64,000 bases of DNA. Origin: an uncultured bacterium (GTDB lineage: Bacteria > Chloroflexota > UBA5177 > JANWHV01). The notes below the pieces were generated by a model, which saw only the letters and a list, made by a program, of their open reading frames with translations, did no database searches and was not told the origin of the DNA. The stretch lies in contig CAVSOU010000010.1 in NCBI GenBank assembly GCA_963729625.1, forward strand, positions 128,001 to 192,000, read 5' to 3'. Shown here in pieces: positions 38,232-48,627 of the stretch. How positions within the stretch are numbered: the stretch's first letter is position 1; the number at the start of each line of letters is the position of its first letter. Both the position numbers and the translations under genes were made by a program.

Positions 38232-40905
38232 GGCACTGCTTGTACTTCCTACCGCTTCCGCACGGACACGGATCGTTGCGGCCGACTTTGGACGACGGGC
38301 CGGTTGTCTTTGGCGCGCCCATGCTTGTTCGAGTCATCGGGCCCTCCGAGCGCACGACCTGCCGAGCAGCCGGGCTGGCGACGGCGCTTGCCCCCATAGC
38401 CGCATCGGGTGAATGAGGACCGCTTGCGATCGCGGACATGGTGGTCGGCGGCGCGAACGTCGGCATAGGGGGTGGCGGCGGCTGTTGCTGCACTTCGAAT
38501 TGATAAATCACGTGCACTACCTCATGGCGAATCATCTCCTGCAGGTCGCCAAACATAACCGACGCGGTCTTGCGGAACTCTACCAGTGGGTCGCGCTGAC
38601 CGGCGGTTTGGAGCTGAACGCCTTCCCGCAGCTCGTCGAGGGCGTCGATATGCTGAATCCAGCGCCGATCGATAATCGACAGCAGGATGAATCGCTCCAC
38701 CTGGCGCACGATCTCGGAGCCAATTCGCTCCTCCCGCCGCTCATAGGCGAGATCGGCCTCGTCCAGGACCTCCTGGATAACGTCAGCCTTCTTCTGCGCT
38801 CGAATGTACGTGTCGTTGAACTCTGGCGGAGCAGGGAATACAGCGCCTAGCGCCTTCAGCATGCCGTCGACATCCCAGTTGTCGGCATACGTGTCCGCGA
38901 GATGGATTTCCGCGATGCTCGTAAGCTCCTCGTGCACCATCTGGATGATAATGTCGGAGACATCCTCACCTGCCAGGATTCGCTGCCGATCGGCGTAGAT
39001 AACGGCACGCTGGCCTGCTATCACATCGTCATACTGGACAAGGTACTTGCGAGCGTCGAAGTTCCAGCCCTCGACCTTCGTCTGCGCGCTTTCAATGCTT
39101 CGGCTGACCATGGTGTTCTCGATGGGCTCGTCGTCTGGCAAACCAAGCCTGTCGAGAATGCCCTTCACGCGGTCCGATCCCACGCGTCGCATGAGGTCGT
39201 CCTCAAGCGACACGTAGAAGCGAGAGGATCCCGGGTCACCTTGCCGGCCCGATCGTCCTCGAAGCTGGTTGTCGATCCGACGTGACTCGTGACGCTCGGT
39301 GCCGATAATATGAAGGCCGCCGACACCAACAACCCCTTCGCCAAGCTTGATGTCCGTGCCTCGGCCAGCCATATTCGTCGCGATGGTCACAACGCCGCGC
39401 TGTCCGGCCCTTTCCACGATCGCGGCTTCGCGTTCGTGCTGCTTGGCATTGAGCACGCTATGGGCAACGCCGGCGCGAAGAAGCAGCGTAGATAGGAGCT
39501 CCGACTTCTCAATCGACGTGGTGCCGACGAGAACGGGTTGGCCGATCTCTTGCTTCTGCTTGATTGCCTGGACGACCGCATTGAACTTCGCCGCTTCCGT
39601 CTTGAAGACGATGTCGTTCATATCCTTGCGAATCATCGGCATGTTCGTGGGAACAGCCACCACGTCGAGCCGATAGATCTTGAGGAACTCCTCCTGCTCC
39701 GTGGTCGCCGTGCCGGTCATTCCGGCCAGTTTCTTGTAAAGGCGGAAGTAGTTCTGGAAGGTAATCGTGGCCTGGGTAATGTTCTCGCGTTCGATGCGGA
39801 CGCCTTCCTTGGCCTCCAGCGCCTGGTGCAACCCCTCGCTGAACCGCCTTCCCTCGAGCGCGCGCCCCGTGAACTCGTCGACTATTATCACCTTGCCGTC
39901 GCGAACGAGGTAATCCTTATCGCGCTTGAAGATGGCGTGCGCCTTCAAAGCCTGTTCGAGGTAATGGGCCAGCTCGTAGTTCTTCTCGTCATAGATGTTC
40001 TCGACGCCAAGCAGACGCTCCATGTGCGTGATTCCGCTTTCGCTCAGCGTCACTGCCCGCATCTTATGATCGACTTCGTAGTCGTCACCTTCGCGCAGTT
40101 TCGGCACTAGCCGCGCGAAGTGATAGTACGTCTCCGCGGACTCCTCAGCCTGGCCGCTGATGATCAGCGGCGTCCGCGCTTCGTCGATCAGGATGTTGTC
40201 GACTTCGTCGACGATACCGTAGGCCAGTGGCCGCTGCACGCATTGGTCGAGCGACTGGGCAAGGTTGTCACGCAGGTAGTCAAAGCCGAATTCGTTATTC
40301 GTGCCGTAGAGGATGTCCGAGTCGTAGGCTTCTTTCTTGGTGGTCGGACGAAGATGACGAAGGCGTTCGTCAGTGGGATGCTCGTCGGTGTAGTCCGGGT
40401 CGAACGCAAATGACGTGTCGCCGGCCCCTCCGCTTGAAATAATGCACCCCGTCGACACCCCGAGCAGATTGAATATTCGGCCGTTCCATCCGGCATCACG
40501 GCGGGCCAGATAATCGTTGACAGTAACCAGGTGCACGCCCTCGCCGGTAAGTGAATTCAGGTACGCAGGAAGCGTGGCGACCAGTGTCTTACCCTCGCCT
40601 GTCTTCATCTCGGCGATCTTGCCGGCATGAAGCACGACCCCGCCGACAAGCTGAACGTCAAAAGGGCGCTGGCCGAGCGTCCTCCGCGCAGCCTCGCGCA
40701 CATTCGCAAACGCTTCTGGCAGCAGGTCGTCAAGACTCTCGCCGTCCTTGTAACGCTGGCGCAGCTCATCAGTTTTCTCGGCGAGCTGCGCGTCCGACAA
40801 CTCGACAAAGCCAGGCTCGAGCTCGTTAATTTCGTCGACGACCGGTTGGATCCGCTTGAGCTCCTTTTCGTTTGGATCTCCGAGGATCTTGGTGAACCAG
40901 GGCAT
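38218..40905 (-). CDS. secA: Protein translocase subunit SecA
   Basis: EMKTGEGKT, VDEVD, ATNMAGRGTD, QLRGRSGRQGDPG, SEC-C GRNDPCPCGSGRKYKQCHG; AAGGA SD before ATG 40905. Confidence 0.98.
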   Translation of the reverse strand: MPWFTKILGDPNEKELKRIQPVVDEINELEPGFVELSDAQLAEKTDELRQRYKDGESLDDLLPEAFANVREAARRTLGQRPFDVQLVGGVVLHAGKIAEMKTGEGKTLVATLPAYLNSLTGEGVHLVTVNDYLARRDAGWNGRIFNLLGVSTGCIISSGGAGDTSFAFDPDYTDEHPTDERLRHLRPTTKKEAYDSDILYGTNNEFGFDYLRDNLAQSLDQCVQRPLAYGIVDEVDNILIDEARTPLIISGQAEESAETYYHFARLVPKLREGDDYEVDHKMRAVTLSESGITHMERLLGVENIYDEKNYELAHYLEQALKAHAIFKRDKDYLVRDGKVIIVDEFTGRALEGRRFSEGLHQALEAKEGVRIERENITQATITFQNYFRLYKKLAGMTGTATTEQEEFLKIYRLDVVAVPTNMPMIRKDMNDIVFKTEAAKFNAVVQAIKQKQEIGQPVLVGTTSIEKSELLSTLLLRAGVAHSVLNAKQHEREAAIVERAGQRGVVTIATNMAGRGTDIKLGEGVVGVGGLHIIGTERHESRRIDNQLRGRSGRQGDPGSSRFYVSLEDDLMRRVGSDRVKGILDRLGLPDDEPIENTMVSRSIESAQTKVEGWNFDARKYLVQYDDVIAGQRAVIYADRQRILAGEDVSDIIIQMVHEELTSIAEIHLADTYADNWDVDGMLKALGAVFPAPPEFNDTYIRAQKKADVIQEVLDEADLAYERREERIGSEIVRQVERFILLSIIDRRWIQHIDALDELREGVQLQTAGQRDPLVEFRKTASVMFGDLQEMIRHEVVHVIYQFEVQQQPPPPPMPTFAPPTTMSAIASGPHSPDAAMGASAVASPAARQVVRSEGPMTRTSMGAPKTTGPSSKVGRNDPCPCGSGRKYKQCHGRS

Positions 40906-41396
40906 CAGCCAGTCCTTATGAACGGCAAGCGACAGCGCTTGGCAGTGACTTCGCAAAGCATTCGCGGCATGGGCTAGTCTAGCACACAGTCCATGTCGGG
41001 ACAACGAAATGATACGTCCTGCGGAGCTTACGTGGTGCGATAATCAGTCTCACCGATGCAAGACTGGGCTTCCTGCCCGAGTGGTGCGATTCCAATCCGT
41101 GGATGACATACCTCTTGCTGGGAACGCTTGAAGGTGGCACTATGCTGTCAGCGTGCCGCTACAGAGCGCAGTGGGCTTCATAGAGTTTGAAGCGACTTGA
41201 TGCGGGTATGCCTAGTGGTGCTGGAGAAACTCGAATAGCGTGTCAAGGCTGTCGATAGCGTGTCTCACGATTGCAGGCGCACAGACATCTCAGAGGTATC
41301 GCGCTGTCGGCGCCCGTTGTCCGCCTCGTGGACGACGGGGAACATACGATCGAATCCTCGTCGCTCCGCATGTGGTCAGCGCGTGATTGAGGTGGA

Positions 41397-42860
41397 ATGG
41401 TGAGGCTCCGCCCCAGGAGTGGCGTCGAGCGCGGCCGGTCGATCGACGATGCCGGGCGGCTCCGCCTGACGACCGCAGTAATGGCCGGGCGAGCGGCGAC
41501 TGCGGTATGCAGGTTCGTGGGCCGCGGGGGAACCAGCCTTCCCGGATTGATTAGTCTTCGACTGGAGCCGCGAGCCGTGCGCATGCTCTCGTCTCAACTG
41601 GGCGACGGTTCTATCGTGGTGGCGGGCACAAACGGCAAGACCACGACGTGCGCGTGGACCGCGGCTGCTATGACTGCAGGTGGAAAAGACGTCCTTCGCA
41701 ACAGCGAGGGCTCCAACATGATGCGCGGAGTTGCGACGACACTCGTCGGCGAAACGAGCATTACGGGCCGAGTCCGGCGTGCGCACCGCCGATCTGGCCT
41801 GTTTGAAGCCGACGAGGCTGCCTTGCCCACATTGCTTGAAGAGCTTCAACCGCGCATTCTAACGATCACCAATCTGTTCAGGGATCAGCTCGACCGCTAC
41901 GGTGAGATCGCGACCACGGCTGGCCGCTGGCGTGTCGCGATGTCTAGGCTGCCAACGTCCACGAGAGTCATTCTCAACGCCGACGATCCGCTGGTCACAT
42001 CTCTGGCCGATGGGGCACGAGGCCCGGTCGTGTTCTACGGTATAGCCAACTGGGCTGGCGACACCTCAAGCGAATCGAGGCCGGCGCTCTCTGCCGACTC
42101 GCTCTTCTGTCCGCGATGCGCGGTGGCGCTCAGCTTCACCTCGATCTCCTACGCCCACCTCGGTCACTATCACTGTGAGGCCTGCGGGTACAGTCGGCCT
42201 ACTCCCCAGGTATGCGCATCGGCGTCAACGGTCGATGCCGCATCGACCGTTGTGGAGATGCGGGCTTTTGGCGATAGTGCAGCGTGTCGGGTGGCGCTGC
42301 CAGGGCGCTACAACGTGTACAACGCTCTGGCAGCCACCGCCACGGCGGTAGTAGCCGGCACCCCCCTGGCGGAGGCGACGCGTGCGATTGGCGATGCTCA
42401 TGGCGCTTTCGGCCGCGCGGAGTCCGTGATGGTGGACGGCCTGGAAGTGCGATTGTTCTTGATCAAGAATCCGACCGGCGCCGACGAGGTGTTCCGTGTT
42501 GTGGCTTCAGGCGATCACGACGGAACACTTGTGCTGCTGTTGAGTGACAATGCCGCGGACGGCGAAGACGTCAGCTGGATTTGGGATGCGTCGATCGAGA
42601 TTCTGGCGCCGTGGACGGGCCCCGTGCTGTGCGGAGGGACGCGGGCCGAGGACATGGCGCTGCGCCTGAAGTATGGCGGCCAGAGAGAGCCGGTCGTGGT
42701 CGTACCTCGCGACGTCGCCCAGGCCGTTCAGCGCTCGATAGACATGACGACTGCGCGGAAGCAGGTCAACATCCTTGCCACCTATACTGCGATGCTCGAC
42801 GCGCGCTCCGCGCTGGCTCGTGCCGGCCACGTCGAGCAGTACTGGTCGAGGAAACCATGA
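41397..42860 (+). CDS. murT: Lipid II isoglutaminyl synthase subunit MurT
   Basis: GTNGKTTT, NLFRDQLDRYGE, Cys4 Zn finger, KNPTG, DVSWIWD. Confidence 0.93.
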   Translation: MVRLRPRSGVERGRSIDDAGRLRLTTAVMAGRAATAVCRFVGRGGTSLPGLISLRLEPRAVRMLSSQLGDGSIVVAGTNGKTTTCAWTAAAMTAGGKDVLRNSEGSNMMRGVATTLVGETSITGRVRRAHRRSGLFEADEAALPTLLEELQPRILTITNLFRDQLDRYGEIATTAGRWRVAMSRLPTSTRVILNADDPLVTSLADGARGPVVFYGIANWAGDTSSESRPALSADSLFCPRCAVALSFTSISYAHLGHYHCEACGYSRPTPQVCASASTVDAASTVVEMRAFGDSAACRVALPGRYNVYNALAATATAVVAGTPLAEATRAIGDAHGAFGRAESVMVDGLEVRLFLIKNPTGADEVFRVVASGDHDGTLVLLLSDNAADGEDVSWIWDASIEILAPWTGPVLCGGTRAEDMALRLKYGGQREPVVVVPRDVAQAVQRSIDMTTARKQVNILATYTAMLDARSALARAGHVEQYWSRKP

Positions 42861-43612
42861 GCGGGCGAATCGCTCTAAGACTGGCATACCTGTATCCCCG
42901 CCTCATGAATCTGTACAGCGATCTCGGCAATGTCGTGTGCCTGGCACGACGCTGCGAGTGGCGCGATATCGAGCTGAGCGTGGAAGAAGTCGACCTCAAA
43001 GAAAAACCGGACTTCGAGCACTTCGACCTTCTGTTTATCGGCGGAGGCGAGGATCGCCAGCAGACGATTGCCGCCGACGATCTGCTTGTGTACAAGGCAG
43101 ATGGACTGAAGGCGGCGCTGGCCGGAGGTCTTGTCTGCCTTGCGGTCTGCGGCGGCTATCAACTGCTCGCCGAGTTTTACAAGCCTGCCGACGGCGATCC
43201 GTTGCCTGGACTGGGTCATTTTCGAGCGCACACGGTCCACCCGGGAAGCCACGTGAAGCGCTGCGTGGGTAACGTGGTCGCGCGTCGCGGCACGAGCTGG
43301 CTGGTGGGTTTCGAGAACCATGGAGGTCGTACGGTCCTAACCGGATCGGAGCCGCTCGCAAAGGTCACGTTAGGTAACGGCAACAACGGCAGAGATGGGA
43401 CTGAGGGCGCCGTCGAAGCGAACGCGTACGGCACGTACCTGCACGGTTCGCTCCTGCCAAAGAACCCCGACTTCGCAGACCACCTTATCGCATTGGCGTT
43501 GCGGCGGCGCGGCGATGCAGGGCCGCTGCGCCCGCTGGACGACGCGGCTGAAGTGCGGGCGAGGCAGGCAATGCTCGACCGCTTGAAGGTGAAGCAGCCC
43601 GCGCGCGGGTAG
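42857..43612 (+). CDS. gatD: Glutaminase subunit GatD
   Basis: ATG 42857 overlaps the murT stop; LYPRLMNLYSDLGN, VCGGYQ, GFENHGG, TYLHGSLLPKNP. Confidence 0.93.
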   Translation: MSGRIALRLAYLYPRLMNLYSDLGNVVCLARRCEWRDIELSVEEVDLKEKPDFEHFDLLFIGGGEDRQQTIAADDLLVYKADGLKAALAGGLVCLAVCGGYQLLAEFYKPADGDPLPGLGHFRAHTVHPGSHVKRCVGNVVARRGTSWLVGFENHGGRTVLTGSEPLAKVTLGNGNNGRDGTEGAVEANAYGTYLHGSLLPKNPDFADHLIALALRRRGDAGPLRPLDDAAEVRARQAMLDRLKVKQPARG

Positions 43613-43707
43613 CAGCCTGCTTACAGGGAACGCACGGCCGCCGTGCGAGACAGGCGAGTCAAACATGTGTCGAGACTTCCCTAGCGATCCATGTGAGCGG
43701 GAACCCA

Positions 43708-44400
43708 TTATCCCCGTCGCAGCGCAGCTCTCAAGTGCGCGATAGAGTCGGCGACCGATTGCTTGTCGTTGAACACCGAGGAGCCCGTTACAAAGACATT
43801 CGCGCCTGCGCGAGCGACCGCCGCAATATTGTCGGCGGTGATGCCACCATCGACCTGCAAGCGTGCCTTCGATCCGGAACGCGCAAGGAGATCGCAGGCC
43901 CGGCGGACCTTGTCCAGCGAGTGCATGATGAACGACTGTCCCCCGAAACCTGGATTCACGGTCATGATGAGCAGCAAGTCGATGTCCGCTGCTACTTCTT
44001 CAATCGCGGCGAGGGGCGTTCCGGGGTTGAGCGCTACGCCGGCCTGCGCGCCGATATCGCGGATCTGGTGGATCTGGCGGTGCAAATGCACGCATGCTTC
44101 CGCCTGCACGGTAATAGACGTCGCGCCGGCCTTGACGAAGGCGGGAACGTAACGCTCGGGTTCCACGATCATAAGATGTGTGTCCAGCGGGAGGTTGGTG
44201 GCATTGCGGACCGCAGCGACAATCAGCGGGCCAAACGTGATATTCGGTACAAAGCGACCGTCCATGATGTCCAGGTGAACCCAGTCCGCTCCGCCGGCGT
44301 CTGCCTCGTGTATGGTTTCGGTGAGCCGGCCGAGATTGGCGGTCAGAATCGAGGGTGCCAACCGGATGTCTTCCGGGCGATATACTTCTTCGTCCGTCAC
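43708..44400 (-). CDS. rpe: Ribulose-phosphate 3-epimerase
   Basis: LAPSIL, HLDIMDGRFVPN, MTVNPGFGGQ, VDGGI; GGAGG SD plus GTG 44400. Confidence 0.96.
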   Translation of the reverse strand: MTDEEVYRPEDIRLAPSILTANLGRLTETIHEADAGGADWVHLDIMDGRFVPNITFGPLIVAAVRNATNLPLDTHLMIVEPERYVPAFVKAGATSITVQAEACVHLHRQIHQIRDIGAQAGVALNPGTPLAAIEEVAADIDLLLIMTVNPGFGGQSFIMHSLDKVRRACDLLARSGSKARLQVDGGITADNIAAVARAGANVFVTGSSVFNDKQSVADSIAHLRAALRRG

Positions 44401-44568
44401 CTTGCCTCCAGATCGCTGAACCGTGGCGCCTCCGCACAACCTGGCTGCGCCCGCGCTGCTGCCGGCACGACACTGCTCATTGCCTGCTCGTGCCGAAGAC
44501 CGTCGATTCGGCGGCGCATTCCAGCATACTGCAATGTACCGTTGGCAAGGCGGGACAATGCTGGAGCG

Positions 44569-45438
44569 CTACTCGCCAACCGCCTGAAGGTACTCGACGA
44601 CCGCGCGTGTGACCTCGGTCGGCGTCGAGGAGCCGGAGGTTACGGCGACGGTCTGCACGCCACGGAGCCACTCCGGCTGGATGTCGGCGGCCGAGTCAAT
44701 CAGGCGCGCAGGCCTTCTTGCTATGTCCTGCACAACCTGGACGAGACGGCGCGAATTGTTGCTCCGCTCGTCGCCGACGACAATGACCAGGTCCGCATCA
44801 ATCGCCTGGTTTACGGCCGCCTGTTGGCGCTCCAGCGTCGCATGGCAGATATCGTTGTTGACTAGCGCGTGAGGATAGCGGATCCTGATGCGTTCGATGA
44901 CATCGGCGGTGTCCCACTGGCTTATCGTGGTTTGGGTTGCGACGGCCAGCCTCGGAGCCTCGATGCTCAGTGAGTCGACGTCGTCGGTCGTCTCGACCAG
45001 ATGAACCCGCCCTGGCGCTTCGCCGATCACGCCTTCAGGCTCGGGGTGGCCGCGCTTACCGATATAGATCACGTCATATCCGCGCTCGACAAGGTCCACG
45101 ACGAGATCATGCGTTCGGGTCACATCCGGGCACGTAGCATCGATGCAGTGAAGCCCTTTTGCCTGCGCGGCTCGCTTGATGGCGGGAGAAACGCCGTGCG
45201 CCGTGAAGATGACGGTCCCAGTGTCGACACGCTCAAGGAGCGCCATGCGGTCGGTGCCGTCCAACGTCACGATTCCCAGAGCAGTCAAACTCTCCACTGC
45301 ATGCCTGTTGTGTACGATCTGGCCCAGCACGTGAATTGGACGCGGCACGGCCGCATCCTGGGCGACACGCCTGGCCAGCTGCATGGCGTCCACGACACCA
45401 TAGCAGTATCCTCTCGGGCTGATCTTTATGACTCGCAT
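44569..45438 (-). CDS. ispH: 4-hydroxy-3-methylbut-2-enyl diphosphate reductase
   Basis: PRGYCYGV, IVHN, TAHG, DATCP, ICHAT..RQ, SNNS. Confidence 0.96.
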   Translation of the reverse strand: MRVIKISPRGYCYGVVDAMQLARRVAQDAAVPRPIHVLGQIVHNRHAVESLTALGIVTLDGTDRMALLERVDTGTVIFTAHGVSPAIKRAAQAKGLHCIDATCPDVTRTHDLVVDLVERGYDVIYIGKRGHPEPEGVIGEAPGRVHLVETTDDVDSLSIEAPRLAVATQTTISQWDTADVIERIRIRYPHALVNNDICHATLERQQAAVNQAIDADLVIVVGDERSNNSRRLVQVVQDIARRPARLIDSAADIQPEWLRGVQTVAVTSGSSTPTEVTRAVVEYLQAVGE

Positions 45439-45613
45439 TCGGGACCCATGACCTTCCAGCCTGGAAGCCGAGACGGGAGCGGAACAGCACCGTTCCTTCG
45501 CGCCGACTCGCAGCGTCAGGCGCCGAGGCGCCATTCATGCGGCCCAGGCAACCTGCAATACGTGGAGTGTAACCCATGTTCCGATACAGCTTGCTTTGCG
45601 CTACAGTGCTGGT

Positions 45614-47506
45614 ATGCACGACACACTCGAGCCCGTTGGCCCGAATCTTGGCCAAAGCGTTGCGCGCCAGATTGACGCCGGCCGGTCCTGCCTTGTCTTG
45701 ATGCCGGGAGTCGCGGCACGGTGCGACCTCGCAGCCGGTATGGCGAGGACGCGACCGCGAGCTGTCGTCGTGCTGGGAAGGCTGCTCAAACACTATCGCG
45801 CAGGCCTGGCGCGCGCAGGATCACCCGAGGGCCGGTTTGGCGCCCTACCTCCGGCGACAGACCTGTCTGAGTTCTCCATGAGGCTGGCTCAATATGAGTC
45901 AGGGGCCTTCGACATGTTTGGGATCTCGCCTGATCAGGCGTGGCAGGCCGAAATCCTGCTTGCGCTGCGCTCCGCCCCTCCCTCCGCCGTCATAGTGGAC
46001 GTTGCAGGTCTTGCCGGCGGCCTGCACGAGTGTCTCCTCCGCGCGCGATTGCTGCTCACCCGCATCGGCACCGAGATTCCAGGCGTGCCTGTTATCCTCA
46101 CAGGTGATCCCATGAGCCCGCACCTGACGGACCTTCTGCTGCACGGTGCGGATCTCGACTGTGTACGGGATACGTCAGTCGTTCCTGTCGCCGCGCGTCT
46201 CCGGTCAGTTCGAGTCCGAAATGAATGGGAACGAGCCGAGCGTCTCCGGCAACTCTGCAGCGAGCGGAGGCGAGTGGTCATAGTCGTGGCTCCGTCTCGC
46301 GGCATTGCCGCGCGCCTACGCACCGCGTTGCACTCGAAGGGGATCGATTGCGGGCTGTTCCACAGTGGCCTCACAGCGGCCGAGCGAACTGCCGTTCTGG
46401 CGGCGATCGACGGCGCGCGGTTGCGAGTTCTTGTTGCCACGGAGGCCATTCTCGTCGAGCCGGCAATGGCCCGTGCCGGCGTGCTCGTGTTTTCCCATCC
46501 TCCGGCGTTGCCAGAGATTGTCACTCGTGCCGGGAGTTGGGCAGGCACTGGGGAAGCTGCCTTCGAGATCGTCATGCTGTTCGCCCGGGACGACTTTCGA
46601 GCTATGCAGAGTCGCGCGCGCGCCCGCACTCCCACGTTAGCCGATGTCCGGGAGACATACAGGTCTCTCCGCGCACAGGCCCGAGAGGAGTATGTGCTGT
46701 ACGCGATGACCGCCAGCGCTTCCGTTCCCAGGCATCCGAGCGGTCCCGACCAGTCAGCGCAGAGCCTTGCCCTGTTGGAAATTGCCGGCTACTGCCGCAG
46801 ACTAGATGATTTCCCCCGGGCAGCCACGATAACTGCTCTTGTGGGGCCTGATGAGCTGTCGTCGATTCCGCCTGAGCTCCGGTCGTCCCTGGGCCACATC
46901 TCACCGCTGCAGCCAATGCAATTGGCTGGCGCGCTTCGCACATCGCCTGTGACACTGCAGCGATCACTGCTTGAGGCCGATAGAAACGGAACAGTCGCCT
47001 TTCGACCCCACGGCCGAGAGACGCTGTACGAGCTTCTGGCGCCGCCGCCATCCGCAACTGACATGCTCTCGTATCTCGTCAGCAGCATGGCATCCAGCGC
47101 TGCGCGCGCTGCCTCAACCATACCGTCAATTGTCCTGCCCGGTTGCCGGTGCAGGGTGCAGGCACTCGCAATGGCGATGTCCTGGAGCGCAGTGCCGGTA
47201 TGCGGTCACTGTGATCGCTGCCTACCTGAAGGTATCGCGGCGCGACCGCAGCAGGTATCCGACGCCGTCACAGCACTGACTGCACTCGCCGGCGTACCCT
47301 TTGCCATGCGGCGAGGTGCGGTGCATCGTGTCATCGCGGCGTCCCTCCGGGACGCGAATCGGGCGGCAGATCGCGAGATTGTCGGGGCTTTGATCGACGA
47401 GCTCCTTGCGCGGCGATTGATCGAACGGCGTCCTGGACAACTTGGAGATCTCTTCGGAGTGGGCGAGCAGGGCCGTGCCGCGTTGGACGCATGGGATCAG
47501 GTATAG
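45614..47506 (+). CDS. Degenerate RecQ-like helicase-fold protein
   Basis: Keeps FHSGLTAAER..VLVATEA and the RecQ Zn motif (CRCR..CGHCDRC), but helicase motifs I, II and VI are eroded. Confidence 0.7.
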   Translation: MHDTLEPVGPNLGQSVARQIDAGRSCLVLMPGVAARCDLAAGMARTRPRAVVVLGRLLKHYRAGLARAGSPEGRFGALPPATDLSEFSMRLAQYESGAFDMFGISPDQAWQAEILLALRSAPPSAVIVDVAGLAGGLHECLLRARLLLTRIGTEIPGVPVILTGDPMSPHLTDLLLHGADLDCVRDTSVVPVAARLRSVRVRNEWERAERLRQLCSERRRVVIVVAPSRGIAARLRTALHSKGIDCGLFHSGLTAAERTAVLAAIDGARLRVLVATEAILVEPAMARAGVLVFSHPPALPEIVTRAGSWAGTGEAAFEIVMLFARDDFRAMQSRARARTPTLADVRETYRSLRAQAREEYVLYAMTASASVPRHPSGPDQSAQSLALLEIAGYCRRLDDFPRAATITALVGPDELSSIPPELRSSLGHISPLQPMQLAGALRTSPVTLQRSLLEADRNGTVAFRPHGRETLYELLAPPPSATDMLSYLVSSMASSAARAASTIPSIVLPGCRCRVQALAMAMSWSAVPVCGHCDRCLPEGIAARPQQVSDAVTALTALAGVPFAMRRGAVHRVIAASLRDANRAADREIVGALIDELLARRLIERRPGQLGDLFGVGEQGRAALDAWDQV

Positions 47507-47577
47507 TGTACGAGCGGGAAACCCAGTGGAAGAGGGAGCGACACTGCAGTGTGGCTGTGCCCGAGGAGCGTTGAGCC

Positions 47578-48000
47578 GTGATCGTGTTTGTTCTCGGGTG
47601 TGGCCGGCTCGGCGCCCGCCTCGCGAAAGACCTGGACGCAAGAGGCCACGACGTCATCGTCCTGGACCTTTCGAACGAGGCGTTCTCGCGACTGGGGTCG
47701 GAATTCAAGGGACGCAAGGTGCACGGGGATGGTCTTGACCTGGACGTGCTTCTGGACGCAGGTCTGTCGGATGCGGAGGTGTTCGTCGCTTGCACGAGCG
47801 GTGACAATCGAAATCTCACAGCGAGCCAATACGCGCGCGAAATCTTCGCGGTGCCGAAGGTGATATCGCGAGTCAGCGATCCTCTTCGCGGCGAGATCTA
47901 TGCAGAGATGGGACTGCAGACGATCTCTCCCACCGTGTTGGGCGCCCAGCTCATCTTCGACGCGTTGACCGGCCGGATCCCAACGGTCGACTGCGAATAG
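47578..48000 (+). CDS. TrkA-family RCK/KTN N-terminal domain protein
   Basis: VLGCGRLG, HGDG, TSGDNRN; 140 aa; GAGGAG SD. Confidence 0.9.
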   Translation: MIVFVLGCGRLGARLAKDLDARGHDVIVLDLSNEAFSRLGSEFKGRKVHGDGLDLDVLLDAGLSDAEVFVACTSGDNRNLTASQYAREIFAVPKVISRVSDPLRGEIYAEMGLQTISPTVLGAQLIFDALTGRIPTVDCE

Positions 48001-48006
48001 GCGCGT

Positions 48007-48594
48007 CTAGCTCACATGCCTGGCGGCCTCGGCGGCCTGGGCTTCAGTCATTCTAGACCGCTTGAGCACGGTGCCGGGAGCTCCCACGACAATCGAGCCG
48101 GGCGGGACGTTCTCAATCACCAGGGCCATCGCGCCAATCTTGCTTCCGGCGCCGATGGTCACGGGGCCCAGGATGCTTGCTCCGCAACCGATCACGACAT
48201 CGTTCTCAATCGTAGGGTGACGTTTCACACGGCCCGACTTCATGTCTTTCCACCAGCCGGTGGCGCCGAGCGTGACCTGGTGGTACAGCATCACGTTATC
48301 GCCGATCTCCGCGGTTTCCCCGATCACCACGCCTGACCCGTGGTCGATGAAGAACCGCTCTCCGATCTTCGCACCCGGGTGGATCTCGATGCCCCCGGTG
48401 AGAATCCTGGCCACCTGGCAGATCAAGCGCGGAACAAACGGCACATTCTTGGTATAAAGCCGGTGAGCAACCCGGTATGCCCACAGCGCATGCAGGCCGG
48501 GGTAGAGCAGAACCTCGGCAACGTTCTTGGCTGCCGGATCCTTCTCGAATACGACCGCGATATCCTTCCGCATCTGAGAGAGTATCCCACCCAT
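48007..48594 (-). CDS. cysE: Serine O-acetyltransferase
   Basis: [39 protein letters not shown]. Confidence 0.95.
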   Translation of the reverse strand: MGGILSQMRKDIAVVFEKDPAAKNVAEVLLYPGLHALWAYRVAHRLYTKNVPFVPRLICQVARILTGGIEIHPGAKIGERFFIDHGSGVVIGETAEIGDNVMLYHQVTLGATGWWKDMKSGRVKRHPTIENDVVIGCGASILGPVTIGAGSKIGAMALVIENVPPGSIVVGAPGTVLKRSRMTEAQAAEAARHVS

Positions 48595-48627
48595 GACCCC
48601 ATCCCTGCGAACGCGCTGCCACATGAC

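Noticed and set aside
40906-41240. SecM-like uORF upstream of secA
   Set aside because: I saw no minus-strand ORF with a signal peptide and arrest-like C-terminus ending near the secA start.
43693-45675. 390-aa and 224-aa plus-strand ORFs
   Set aside because: They are antisense shadows of rpe and ispH.
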